A stretch of DNA of 64,000 nt from Candidatus Kryptoniota bacterium (GCA_046705025.1 JBJKQU010000049.1:17073-81072), one strand, 5' to 3'; shown: positions 39,602-48,755, counted from the stretch's first letter. The notes: a model not told the origin generated them from the letters alone. A program made the numbers and translations.

Positions 39602-41983
39602 TTGAAACGTAGAGCGTTCATGCGGACTGTCGGGCTTTCGGTTGCAGGCCTCGCACTTTACCCGGGTGGGCTTACCGTCGAAAATCCCGGGAAACTGGGA
39701 GCGAGGAACCGTCGGGTGAGGAGCGAGGCAGAGGAGACACTTGAAGATGAAGCAATTCGTCTTGAATGGTCAGGCGGCAAAGAACCGAGTCTCCGGCTTC
39801 TTGCCAATGATACTGGGGGGTGGAGAGAAATCTGCGAACTCGACAAAAATGGCCTTCTTGATGTCCGCCTTTTCGCGACCGAGTTTCCGTTTCCTGACCA
39901 TAGGCCTATGTGGGAGATGAAGAAGGAATCGCAGCGGCATATGGTTCTCTCTGCCGATGTCGGAGGGCGCAAGTTGACCCATAACATTGAGATTATGGAT
40001 ACTCCATCACGTGTCCTGGTTACGTCGACGCTGACATTGCTGGGAGATGAGCTGCTGGAATGGTTTCAGGATTCCTGGACATTTCTTCATGCCAAACCGC
40101 TGGATTTCGCTTGGACGCCGAATCTGCGTCCGCAGGGAGACCTGGTCGTGGGCGATCATGTGTTTCGTGCCCCGTCGACGAGTCTGGCAAAAAATGGTGC
40201 CTGGGCGTCTTTGCTCCCGGACCTCGATTCGCTTGCTGCCGTTAAAAGAGCGCATACGATGTCCGCGGATCTCGATATGGAAGCCGCCGATCTTCCGATA
40301 TTTTCGTACGGACTGAAGGCATACCGGCCCGTTTCGCATACATACTATCGGCATTGGAACTCGATGCTGTTCACACGACCTCCCGGATCTGTGAGTTTTA
40401 CTTACGAGATACTTGCCGGAACGGAAGGTGACCGCGCGTCTGTCTCGCGCAAAGTGATGTCTTATATGTGGAATAGATACGGGGCAAAATACAGGAAGAG
40501 CGTCTTGCCGCAGACGATCCCTTTTGCTGCCTATGGCGATTACAGCTATCCGACGCTGTTCAAAATCGGCGAGTTCCACGAGTTTGAAATCGCAGGCGAG
40601 AAAGTGGGAGGGTTCAAGGCGCTGAACGACGGCGGCTACTTCCGGAGACCCGAGCATGTTCTGTTAAACCAGGCATGGTACAACAACATGCGCAGCGCCT
40701 ATGGGCTATTCCATTTCGGTAAAAAGTCGGGCAACAAGATGTGGCGGGATCATGCCGAGATGATCAGGCGATGGACGCTTTTGGCCCCTCAGGAACACGG
40801 ACTGTTTCCGGCAATGTACGACTTCGAGAAGGATCAATGGTGGGGGTCTATACCCCGTCTCAACGGAGGGCGCAAGAGGATTCACTGTGTGAACGCCGCG
40901 TGGACGTCGATATGGCTTATATGGTGGAACAGAGATCTTGGCAGGGATGCCGGTTCCGTTTCTTATGTCCGGCGCCTGGCTGATTTCTTTGTCAAGGAGC
41001 AGCTTCCATCGGGAGCTATCCCTGGATGGTTCGATCTGCCGAAGAGCGGAAATGGATATCCGAAGGCGGTGGATACTCTGAAAGAATCGGCCGAGACGGC
41101 AGGCGCTGCTATGCTTCTGGGAGAGCTTGCCGTTATGACGAAGGAGCCGGCTTATACCACGGCTGTGTCGAGAGCGGCCGATTTTCTCATCAGGGAGATC
41201 ATCCCTCACATGAAGTACTGGGATTTTGAAACTTTCTGGTCGTGCTCGTGGAAACCACTCGACATGAGAGACCGGTATACGGACATACTGCCGCAGAACA
41301 CGTATTCGGCCTATTGGACGGTGCACACTCTCCTCAGGGCGTTTGAAGCGACCGGGTTACGGAAATATATCGACGGCGCGCTCGAGGCCCTCGATGTCTT
41401 GAATTTTTACCAGCAGGTGTGGAACCCGCCCTGGCTCACCTTATATGCGTTCGGAGGCTTCGGAGTGATGAACACCGATGGAGAGTGGAACGATGCCCGC
41501 CAGGCTGTATTCGCGCCCATATATCTGGATGCCTATCGCGTCACCGGGCTGCCTGAGTATTTTGAGCGGGGTGTTGCAGCGCTCAGAGCTGCATTCGCGC
41601 TGATGGCCGTGCCCGAAAACAAGGAGGTCAGCCCCGACACTTGGAATGCGCTTCCGCTGGGACTCTCCCCTGAGAACTTCGCTCACGAAGGATACAATGC
41701 GACATTCGCGAGGTCGGACTCCGACTGGGGTGAGGCGGGCGCACTTGCGGCTGCGGCATTGGTGGAGAACACCTATGGCGGAGCTTATATGGATACACGC
41801 CGGGGATTAGGTTTTGGAATAGACGGTTGTGAAATAACTTCCGTCAAGAAGAACAGTTCCGGTTTCGAGATTGAGATTACCGAGCTACTCGGTCGCGATA
41901 GAGAGATCACTCTCGTGAACGACAAGGGGCGGCGGCAGATTGTTCCACTGCACGCAAACCGTACGAGAGCAGCGGTAATCTAA
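39602..41983 (+). CDS. twin-arginine-signal protein, six-hairpin glycosidase-like, family unassigned
   Basis: 793 aa. The TTG start is the first start codon after an in-frame stop at 39578. The N-terminus KRRAFMRTVGLSVAGLAL fits the Tat motif RRxF. The C-terminal two-thirds are helix-rich (alpha/alpha-barrel impression). Confidence 0.7.
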   Translation: MKRRAFMRTVGLSVAGLALYPGGLTVENPGKLGARNRRVRSEAEETLEDEAIRLEWSGGKEPSLRLLANDTGGWREICELDKNGLLDVRLFATEFPFPDHRPMWEMKKESQRHMVLSADVGGRKLTHNIEIMDTPSRVLVTSTLTLLGDELLEWFQDSWTFLHAKPLDFAWTPNLRPQGDLVVGDHVFRAPSTSLAKNGAWASLLPDLDSLAAVKRAHTMSADLDMEAADLPIFSYGLKAYRPVSHTYYRHWNSMLFTRPPGSVSFTYEILAGTEGDRASVSRKVMSYMWNRYGAKYRKSVLPQTIPFAAYGDYSYPTLFKIGEFHEFEIAGEKVGGFKALNDGGYFRRPEHVLLNQAWYNNMRSAYGLFHFGKKSGNKMWRDHAEMIRRWTLLAPQEHGLFPAMYDFEKDQWWGSIPRLNGGRKRIHCVNAAWTSIWLIWWNRDLGRDAGSVSYVRRLADFFVKEQLPSGAIPGWFDLPKSGNGYPKAVDTLKESAETAGAAMLLGELAVMTKEPAYTTAVSRAADFLIREIIPHMKYWDFETFWSCSWKPLDMRDRYTDILPQNTYSAYWTVHTLLRAFEATGLRKYIDGALEALDVLNFYQQVWNPPWLTLYAFGGFGVMNTDGEWNDARQAVFAPIYLDAYRVTGLPEYFERGVAALRAAFALMAVPENKEVSPDTWNALPLGLSPENFAHEGYNATFARSDSDWGEAGALAAAALVENTYGGAYMDTRRGLGFGIDGCEITSVKKNSSGFEIEITELLGRDREITLVNDKGRRQIVPLHANRTRAAVI

Positions 41984-42093
41984 TGATGAATTGAATGTCC
42001 GAAGTATTGTTTTGATGGATGTATCTTTCTCGTCGCTTCGAGAAAGGGACATTCGCGTTTGAACAAATATGTCTTACAAGCTCTACTTTCATA

Positions 42094-43119
42094 ATGAACG
42101 ATCGCTTTACAAAAGCTCTTGAACTTTCCGGGCCCGATCGGGTGCCGTTCATACCTGCAATATACGAGCACAAGGCGTGGTTCATAGATGAGACACCGTC
42201 GAAGGTAGCGAGAGACGCTGATTTGCTGACCAAAGCCGTAATTGCCGAATACGGGGCCGTCCAACCCGATGCTCTGACTATCGGCATCGACGTCTACAAC
42301 GTTGAAGCAGAAGCTCTCGGCTGTGAAGTCATTTACTACGGGGGAGATGACACCTCGATACCCGCCATCAGCGCGGAAGGAGCAGTGTTCAATGAAGAGA
42401 CTGATTTTGCGTCCGTGAGTATCCCGGACCCTCTGAAGGCGGGGCGAATGGCCCTTAACATAGAAGCTGCGGCAAGCGTGATGAACCTGATCGGGAGCGA
42501 GGTGCCTGTACGCGGCGCTGTCTCCGGTCCTTTTTCGATGGCGGCGAATCTTGTCGGGCCGGAGCGCCTCTTCATGCTGACGGTAACCGACCCCGGCTTC
42601 GTGAAGAGACTCCTGGCGTTTTCAGCGGAGGTTGCGAAGCGCTATGGCGAGGCGTTCGTAAATACCGGATGCGGTGTGGTGATTTTTGACTCGCAGGCGT
42701 CGCCCGAACTTCTGTCGCCGAAGATGTATCGCGAGTTTGTACTTCCTCCTACACGGGATATGGTAAGCTACTTCCACGGGTTAGGGGTCAGGCATGTCCC
42801 GCTCATAATCGGGGGGAATACGACGAAGATTCTCGACTCTTACATTGAGACGGGGGCCAACAACCTGCTGTGTGATTTCTCGGCGGACATACACCGCTTC
42901 GTCGAGGAATGCTCCAAGTCGCGGACCGCATTCAGGAGGAACCTCGACTCGTCGGATTTCCTGTCCGTCTCCACGGAAGACCTTCGCAAGCGGGCGTCGA
43001 AGGCGCTCGATGCGTCTGAAGGGTATAAAGGTTTTATCCTGGGAACCAGCGTTGTCCCTTACGGTACGCCGCTGGAAAAGTTGACAGCCGTGCGTGAGGC
43101 AGTAGTCGCGCAGGGTTGA
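42094..43119 (+). CDS. URO-D / MtaA-family protein (copy 2, lacks the His/Cys/Cys zinc triad)
   Basis: The ORF is open from 42019, but the ATG at 42094 gives a family-typical 341 aa starting MNDRFTKALELSGPDRVPFIPA. Where its paralogues have LHMCG/HTCG it reads PLIIGGN. The C-terminal Cys position reads GTSVVPYGTP. Confidence 0.8.
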   Translation: MNDRFTKALELSGPDRVPFIPAIYEHKAWFIDETPSKVARDADLLTKAVIAEYGAVQPDALTIGIDVYNVEAEALGCEVIYYGGDDTSIPAISAEGAVFNEETDFASVSIPDPLKAGRMALNIEAAASVMNLIGSEVPVRGAVSGPFSMAANLVGPERLFMLTVTDPGFVKRLLAFSAEVAKRYGEAFVNTGCGVVIFDSQASPELLSPKMYREFVLPPTRDMVSYFHGLGVRHVPLIIGGNTTKILDSYIETGANNLLCDFSADIHRFVEECSKSRTAFRRNLDSSDFLSVSTEDLRKRASKALDASEGYKGFILGTSVVPYGTPLEKLTAVREAVVAQG

Positions 43120-43240
43120 AAGGCATAAGGCACAACGGTGCTCTGTAAAATAGATCAGCTGGAGCAAACGGTATCAATGGCCGGATGTTTCCAGGCAAGT
43201 CACATGAGAACAGTAAAAATAATCACAGAGGTATATAACC

Positions 43241-43882
43241 ATGACTGAACTAGAGCAGCTTGCTCAATTATTGGAAGAGGGGGACGTCAATCGAGTTGCC
43301 GGCCTAACTAAACGCCTAGTAGATTCAGGTATGCCGGCACAGACTATCCTCAACAGCGGCCTTATTATCGGTATGGGCGTGGTAGGGGAGAAGATGAGGA
43401 CCGGCGAGATGTATCTGCCGGAGGTCCTTCAATCTGCGACCGCTATGCACGCGTCGTTGAAAATACTGAAGCCGCTTCTGGCGGAGGGCGGCGTCCAGCC
43501 CCTGGGAAAAATCGTGATGGGAACGGTGAAGGGAGACGTCCACGACATAGGGAAGAACCTGGTTGGCATCCTTCTCCAAGGTGCAGGTTTCGACATCGTC
43601 GACCTTGGCGTAAACGTTACGCCCACGAAGTTTGTCGATGCGATCAACGAGCAGAATCCCGCTTTGGTCGCCATCTCGGCAATGCTGACGACGACAATGC
43701 TCAACATGAAGACGACTATTGAAGCGATTGCCGGCGCGGGCCTCCGCACTAAGGTGAAGATCATCGTCGGCGGGGCGCCGGTAAGCCAGAAGTTCGCCGA
43801 CGAAATCGGTGCCGACGGGTACGCGCAGAATGCAGTGAGAGCCGTCGATAAGGTTAAAGAAATGCTGGCGATTGCGGGATGA
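43241..43882 (+). CDS. corrinoid (cobalamin-binding) protein, MtaC/MtbC/MttC-like
   Basis: 213 aa with an N-terminal helical cap (B12-binding_2-like). A Rossmann B12 domain follows, with DxHxxG (DVHDIG), SAML and IVGGAP. Confidence 0.92.
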   Translation: MTELEQLAQLLEEGDVNRVAGLTKRLVDSGMPAQTILNSGLIIGMGVVGEKMRTGEMYLPEVLQSATAMHASLKILKPLLAEGGVQPLGKIVMGTVKGDVHDIGKNLVGILLQGAGFDIVDLGVNVTPTKFVDAINEQNPALVAISAMLTTTMLNMKTTIEAIAGAGLRTKVKIIVGGAPVSQKFADEIGADGYAQNAVRAVDKVKEMLAIAG

Positions 43883-45282
43883 GGCGTGAGAAAATGGAAG
43901 ATTCAAAGACAATAAAGACGTTCTCCAAACTCGCAGTGAAAGACGCGTCCGAGCTGATGTTCGGTAAGGCGCCGGCGCCGGCCACTTGCGGTTTCAAACT
44001 TACCGTCGGGTCGGGACAGGTGTATCCGGAAATCAACTTCACGCTGCCCACCATGCTCATCGAGGAAAAGACGTGGCCGGCGGTTGTCGAGCAGTACCAG
44101 GAAATCAGCGAGATGCTCGTCCGTTCTGCCAAGAGACTGCGCCTGCCGGGGCTGATGGTCGAGTTTGAACTGCTTCCACCGATGACCGAAAACCCGGCCT
44201 GGGGAGCGGAAATTACCAAGATTCTCCACGAGGCTCTTAAGACGGCACATGATGAATACGGGCTCCCTTGCGCCCTGAGGGCGACGCCGGCCGATATCCG
44301 CGATGCCAACAGGCCTCCCGTTCTAAGAACGGGAAAGGAGTGGGAAACGCTCGAGAGCTCGTTCGAGGAATGCGCCGCTGCCGGTGCGGACATACTTTCC
44401 ATCGAGTCGGTTGGAGGGAAAGAGGTAAACGACCAAGCGATGCTGCGCGGCGACGTTGCTGGCATGATCTTCGCCTTGGGAGTCCTGGCACCGAGAGACA
44501 TGGAGTTCCTCTGGGACAGCATCGTGAGAATCTCTACTGAGCACAAGATCGTCCCCGGGGGAGATTCCGCCTCCGGTTTCGCGAATACCGCGATGCAGCT
44601 TTCATCACAGAACATGCTTCCGGAGGTTTTTGCCGCTGTCGTAAGGGCAGCCAGCACGGTTCGGAGCCTGGTCGCCTACGAGCGCGGCGCTTACGGGCCT
44701 TCGAAGGACTGCGCATACGAAGGGCCGGTCATCAAGGCGATTACCGGTGCGCCGATCGCGATGGAAGGGAAGTCCGCCAGCTGCGCACACTTCAGCCCTG
44801 TCGGCAACGTAGCCGCTTCGATGTGCGATTTGTGGAGCAACGAATCGGTTCAGAATGTCCGGCTCCTCTCCGGCTCAGCGCCTGAGGCCTACATGGAACT
44901 TCTTGCCTACGACTGCCGGATATTCAACAAGGCACTCGAAGGCGGATCGGAACACGGCTACCAGGACCTCCTTGTGGAATCGGACGTCCATCTTAGCCCG
45001 CAGGCGCTGGTTCTCTCGCCGGAATCGACGATGCGCATAGCCTCCGCGATTGTCGGGGAGAAAACTCATTACCGCATGACTGTTGCCGCCGCGCACGAGT
45101 CGGTCTCAATCATACGGGATTCCATCAGGAAATCCGAGCTCTCTCTGAATAAGAAGGAAGTCACGTGGCTGGATCGGGTCGAGCGGGAGCTTGACGGCCT
45201 GCCGGTCGATGAAGGGAAGCTTCTCGATTCTATGAAGGAGAATTACGGTCATCTCTTCCTGCCGGAGAGCTACGGCTTGTAA
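43879..45282 (+). CDS. MtaB-like methyl-donor:corrinoid methyltransferase (methanol-cobalamin methyltransferase B family)
   Basis: 467 aa with an ATGA overlap with the corrinoid-protein gene. Blocks PEINFTLP, NPAWGAE, HDEYGLPCALRA, SIESVGGKEV, FANTAM, GPSKDCAYEG, KAITGAP, GKSASCAHF, CDLWSNES and LAYDC align with the Methanosarcina MtaB sequence as I recall it. Confidence 0.85.
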   Translation: MRREKMEDSKTIKTFSKLAVKDASELMFGKAPAPATCGFKLTVGSGQVYPEINFTLPTMLIEEKTWPAVVEQYQEISEMLVRSAKRLRLPGLMVEFELLPPMTENPAWGAEITKILHEALKTAHDEYGLPCALRATPADIRDANRPPVLRTGKEWETLESSFEECAAAGADILSIESVGGKEVNDQAMLRGDVAGMIFALGVLAPRDMEFLWDSIVRISTEHKIVPGGDSASGFANTAMQLSSQNMLPEVFAAVVRAASTVRSLVAYERGAYGPSKDCAYEGPVIKAITGAPIAMEGKSASCAHFSPVGNVAASMCDLWSNESVQNVRLLSGSAPEAYMELLAYDCRIFNKALEGGSEHGYQDLLVESDVHLSPQALVLSPESTMRIASAIVGEKTHYRMTVAAAHESVSIIRDSIRKSELSLNKKEVTWLDRVERELDGLPVDEGKLLDSMKENYGHLFLPESYGL

Positions 45283-45317
45283 AGAAAAGAGACTGGTAAA
45301 ACAAAGGAGCTATCTTA

Positions 45318-47651
45318 ATGATTAAAGGCGTTCTAGGGAAATGCATGCTTTTTGCGGCTGCCGTCCTTCTAACCGTCGGAGCCGTGCCGCTTCACGCGTC
45401 AACTCTAAAAGAGGCGATGAAGAATGTGAAAGTCATAGCCTGCCCGGCGAATGGCAAGGAAGTGGATTTCACGGTCGCGGACGCGATCAAGCGCGACCTG
45501 GCACCTCAAGCACAGATAGTCAAGTACAAAAGCGGGACGTTACAGGAGAAGGACGGCGTGTTCGCCGTTTCGATTGCTGATGAGCACCTTGCTCCTGTTC
45601 CGACTGAAGAAGTGCTGAAGACCAGCGATCCGGATTGGATGTACTTCAAGGTTAACGGAAACGGCTCCGGGGAACTCGTGGTCTCGAAACAACATCTGCT
45701 CTACGGGATGTATTGCCAGGTGAAGCTTTGGGGCAACGAGAATGTGGATGAGTTCGTCGACGGGAAGGTCGTGACTCCGTCCTTCACATGGCTGCGGAAT
45801 TACAGTGACTTCCTCGTTGGAACGAGGCGCTACGCCCGCCGCTTCAACCGCGCCGCCTACGTCAAGCAGGCCGCCGGCGAAGGCTTTTCCCATATCACGG
45901 TGAATGGGCTTGGAGTCCCTCACCCGTTCGAACAGGGACCTCCGGGAGACAAGTATTCTGAGTTCTATGATTACACGCCCGACCTCGATCAGTTCGTTAC
46001 AAGCAAACTCCTGAAAGGCTACTATCCGCCTTACTACCTCGAAGCGAACCTCAACTTCCTGAAGCGCAACGCGGCCCTGGCGAAGAAGTACGGAATGAGC
46101 CCGGGACTCGTGATCTGCTCGCCGAGGACGATGCCGAACGATTTCTGGCAAAAGTACCCGTTCCTGCGAGGCGCGAGGGTCGACCATCCCCGGGAAAGCT
46201 ACAGGCCTAGGTATACGTTAACACTCGAGCATCCGGCCGTTCAGGAATCGTACCGTGAACTGGTTGCCAACCTGATGAAGGCAGTGCCTGATCTAAGTTT
46301 CATTGAAATCTGGTCGAACGACAGCGGGTCCGGATTCGAGTTTGCCAACAGGCTTTATCCCGGCCGCAACGGCGGACCTTACCTGATCCGCGAGTGGAAA
46401 AGTGACGATTATATCGCCAGCAAGATGGCGGCAAATGTCGTGAACTATTACCATCTTATTCTCAATGAAGCCCGAAAGTTCAATCCGAAATTCAGGGTCA
46501 TAGTTGACCTCGGCTCATTCACTCCCCTGGAACTGAAGTACATCATACCGGAACTCGGCAAAGGAATAGACGTCGGCAACTGGTCCGGCCAGTGGCAGGA
46601 TCAGTTCTCGTTCAACGACAAGTGGCAGAAGGAGTGGGAGAAAGGAGGCTCGAACACAGACTTGAACATCAGCGCTTCCAACGACAACTCCATCGGCATT
46701 CCTTTCCCCAGGGTTCTTTATAACGAGCTTTCGGAAGCCTATAAGGGCGGCTACAAGTACATTCTGAGTGAGACGGTGCCGAGGTCCCTCGTCCCGTACG
46801 ATATCAACGGGCAAGTGGAGAGAGCCTTCCAAATGGACCACAATGAGCCGCTGCAGCAGATACTGAGCAGCGTCGCCGACCGCTGGGTTGGGAGAAGCAT
46901 GGCGCCTGTGCTGGTTCACGCCTGGCTTACGGCGGACTCCGCGGTGAGCGGCTTCCCGAACGGGGTGCCGAACAGCACGTTCGGATTCCCATGGTATCGA
47001 ATGTGGGTAAGGCCATTCGTTCCCAACATAGGAGCTATCCCCGACAGCCAGCGCGCGTACTACGAGAAATTCATGCTCGCCACTTTCAACAATCCGACCC
47101 GGGTCGATTTCAACAACGATATGCTCTGGAATTTCCTTACCGTTGAGCAGGCTGCTGAGAAGCGTAAAGAGTTCGACGAAAATGTGATTCCGCCGATTGA
47201 CCGCGCGATAGATCTTGTGAGAGCGGAGGTTAAAAAGGTGTCTCCCGATTCTCCGGCCCACAAGGTGTTCACGTACCTGCTAGTCAGGCTGGAAACGTAC
47301 CGCTGTTACAGCGTTACGATGCGGGATATGGTCGCGTGGATAGAAGGCGTGCACGGCTACCTGCAAGCCAAGACGCCTGAAGAGAAAGCTGATTACCGCG
47401 CAAAAGTGAAATCTGCAGTCGAGACTGAAATCCGGAACACGAAGAGTCTTTTGAAGCTGTGGAATACAAGCGCGGTGGAAATAACGGCGGTGTCAACGGT
47501 AGGCGAGAATATGAACGTCTACGGCGAGAACTTCGGCAAGCTGCTGGAGAAGAGACTGGTACTGATGGAGGAACATGTGAACGATGTTCCGTACATCGAT
47601 CCGAACTACATGTGGCACATGCCGAAACATTATCCGCCGGTCAATGAATAG
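45318..47651 (+). CDS. large conserved hypothetical, glycosidase-like, secreted copy (paralogue of 29779..32112)
   Basis: 777 aa with a signal peptide (CMLFAAAVLLTVGAVPLHAS) and an AAGGAG RBS. It shares motif blocks with the first 777-aa ORF. Confidence 0.8.
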   Translation: MIKGVLGKCMLFAAAVLLTVGAVPLHASTLKEAMKNVKVIACPANGKEVDFTVADAIKRDLAPQAQIVKYKSGTLQEKDGVFAVSIADEHLAPVPTEEVLKTSDPDWMYFKVNGNGSGELVVSKQHLLYGMYCQVKLWGNENVDEFVDGKVVTPSFTWLRNYSDFLVGTRRYARRFNRAAYVKQAAGEGFSHITVNGLGVPHPFEQGPPGDKYSEFYDYTPDLDQFVTSKLLKGYYPPYYLEANLNFLKRNAALAKKYGMSPGLVICSPRTMPNDFWQKYPFLRGARVDHPRESYRPRYTLTLEHPAVQESYRELVANLMKAVPDLSFIEIWSNDSGSGFEFANRLYPGRNGGPYLIREWKSDDYIASKMAANVVNYYHLILNEARKFNPKFRVIVDLGSFTPLELKYIIPELGKGIDVGNWSGQWQDQFSFNDKWQKEWEKGGSNTDLNISASNDNSIGIPFPRVLYNELSEAYKGGYKYILSETVPRSLVPYDINGQVERAFQMDHNEPLQQILSSVADRWVGRSMAPVLVHAWLTADSAVSGFPNGVPNSTFGFPWYRMWVRPFVPNIGAIPDSQRAYYEKFMLATFNNPTRVDFNNDMLWNFLTVEQAAEKRKEFDENVIPPIDRAIDLVRAEVKKVSPDSPAHKVFTYLLVRLETYRCYSVTMRDMVAWIEGVHGYLQAKTPEEKADYRAKVKSAVETEIRNTKSLLKLWNTSAVEITAVSTVGENMNVYGENFGKLLEKRLVLMEEHVNDVPYIDPNYMWHMPKHYPPVNE

Positions 47652-47709
47652 GGCGAGCAACTGAGAACCGGAATCGAAAAGTAATTTCATATAAATAGGA
47701 GGAGGTCTT

Positions 47710-48729
47710 ATGAAGTTTCCACTGTTGCCGATCACGTTCGTGGGGAGTTATTCTCTGCCTCATTGGCTCGAATCGGTCCGAAGCCTGGGCGAGGCAGGAA
47801 AGCTGTCGGAGGTGGAGGTAGAAGAAGCACATGACAACGCGGTCAAATCTTGCATTAAGGATCAGGAAGCCGCGGGGCTCGATCTCATAACCGACGGCGA
47901 GCTGAGACGAGAGACGATGGTGTATTTCTTTTCGAAAAGGATTCACGGGTTTGATAACAGCGGCAGGATGAAGGCTATTGGTAACCTCGACCCCGGCATC
48001 CAGATGCCGGACCCGGTGATAATCGATAAGGTGCGCAGGGCGGGAAGCATTGGAATAGGGAAGCATTTCGCATTTCTTAAGAAGTACGCCGCAGCACATC
48101 CGAAGATCACAATAACGGGCCCACAGATGCTGGCGAAGCGGGCTACAAACGAATACTACAAGGACGAGAAGCAGCTGATATTTGACCTCGCGGACGTCCT
48201 CAACGCGGAGCTGAAGGAGACGGTCGAGGCCGGCTGCGATTTCGTTCAGGTTGACGAACCGGTCTGGGTGGGCTATCCGGAAGACATGCCCTGGCTGGTA
48301 GAAGCGTTCAACAAGATGGTCGACGGAGTGAAGGCGAAAATCGCCCTGCATGTCTGCTACGGAAATTACCAGCTGAAGAAGCTCTTCACCGGCACTTATG
48401 CCGACCTTTTCCCGGAGATTCTGAAAGCTAATGCCTCACAGCTGAGCCTGGAATTTGCCGTGACGGACATGGAGCCGCTGGAGCTGTTCAAGAAATACAA
48501 GACAGATATGGAAATAGCCGTGGGAGTGGTGGACGTAAAGAACGAAGAGGTCGAGGCCGCCGACCTGGTAGCGGACCGCATCCGGCGGGCGCTCAAGGTC
48601 ATACCCAAGGAGAAGCTCTGGATCAGCAGCGACTGCGGAATGAAATTTATGCCGCGCGACCGTGCCTTCGGCAAATTAAAGGCGATGGCAGACGGCACGA
48701 AGATAGTACGAAAGGAACTCGGCGCATGA
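47710..48729 (+). CDS. short MetE-like (Meth_synt_2, cobalamin-independent methionine synthase C-terminal-domain family) methyltransferase
   Basis: 339 aa with N-terminal VGSYSLPHWL and ITDGELRRE. The zinc motifs are ALHVCYGNY (H-x-C) and SSDCGMKF. AGGAGG RBS. Confidence 0.85.
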   Translation: MKFPLLPITFVGSYSLPHWLESVRSLGEAGKLSEVEVEEAHDNAVKSCIKDQEAAGLDLITDGELRRETMVYFFSKRIHGFDNSGRMKAIGNLDPGIQMPDPVIIDKVRRAGSIGIGKHFAFLKKYAAAHPKITITGPQMLAKRATNEYYKDEKQLIFDLADVLNAELKETVEAGCDFVQVDEPVWVGYPEDMPWLVEAFNKMVDGVKAKIALHVCYGNYQLKKLFTGTYADLFPEILKANASQLSLEFAVTDMEPLELFKKYKTDMEIAVGVVDVKNEEVEAADLVADRIRRALKVIPKEKLWISSDCGMKFMPRDRAFGKLKAMADGTKIVRKELGA

Positions 48730-48755
48730 CAGGATCGGAGAATTGAAATAACCCT

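Noticed and set aside
43854-44657. 267-aa minus-strand ORF (plus 43325..43912 and other minus ORFs) across the corrinoid/MtaB-like genes
   Set aside because: It is antisense to two genes with unambiguous family motifs. The composition is Ser/Ala/Pro-rich and no start context is present.
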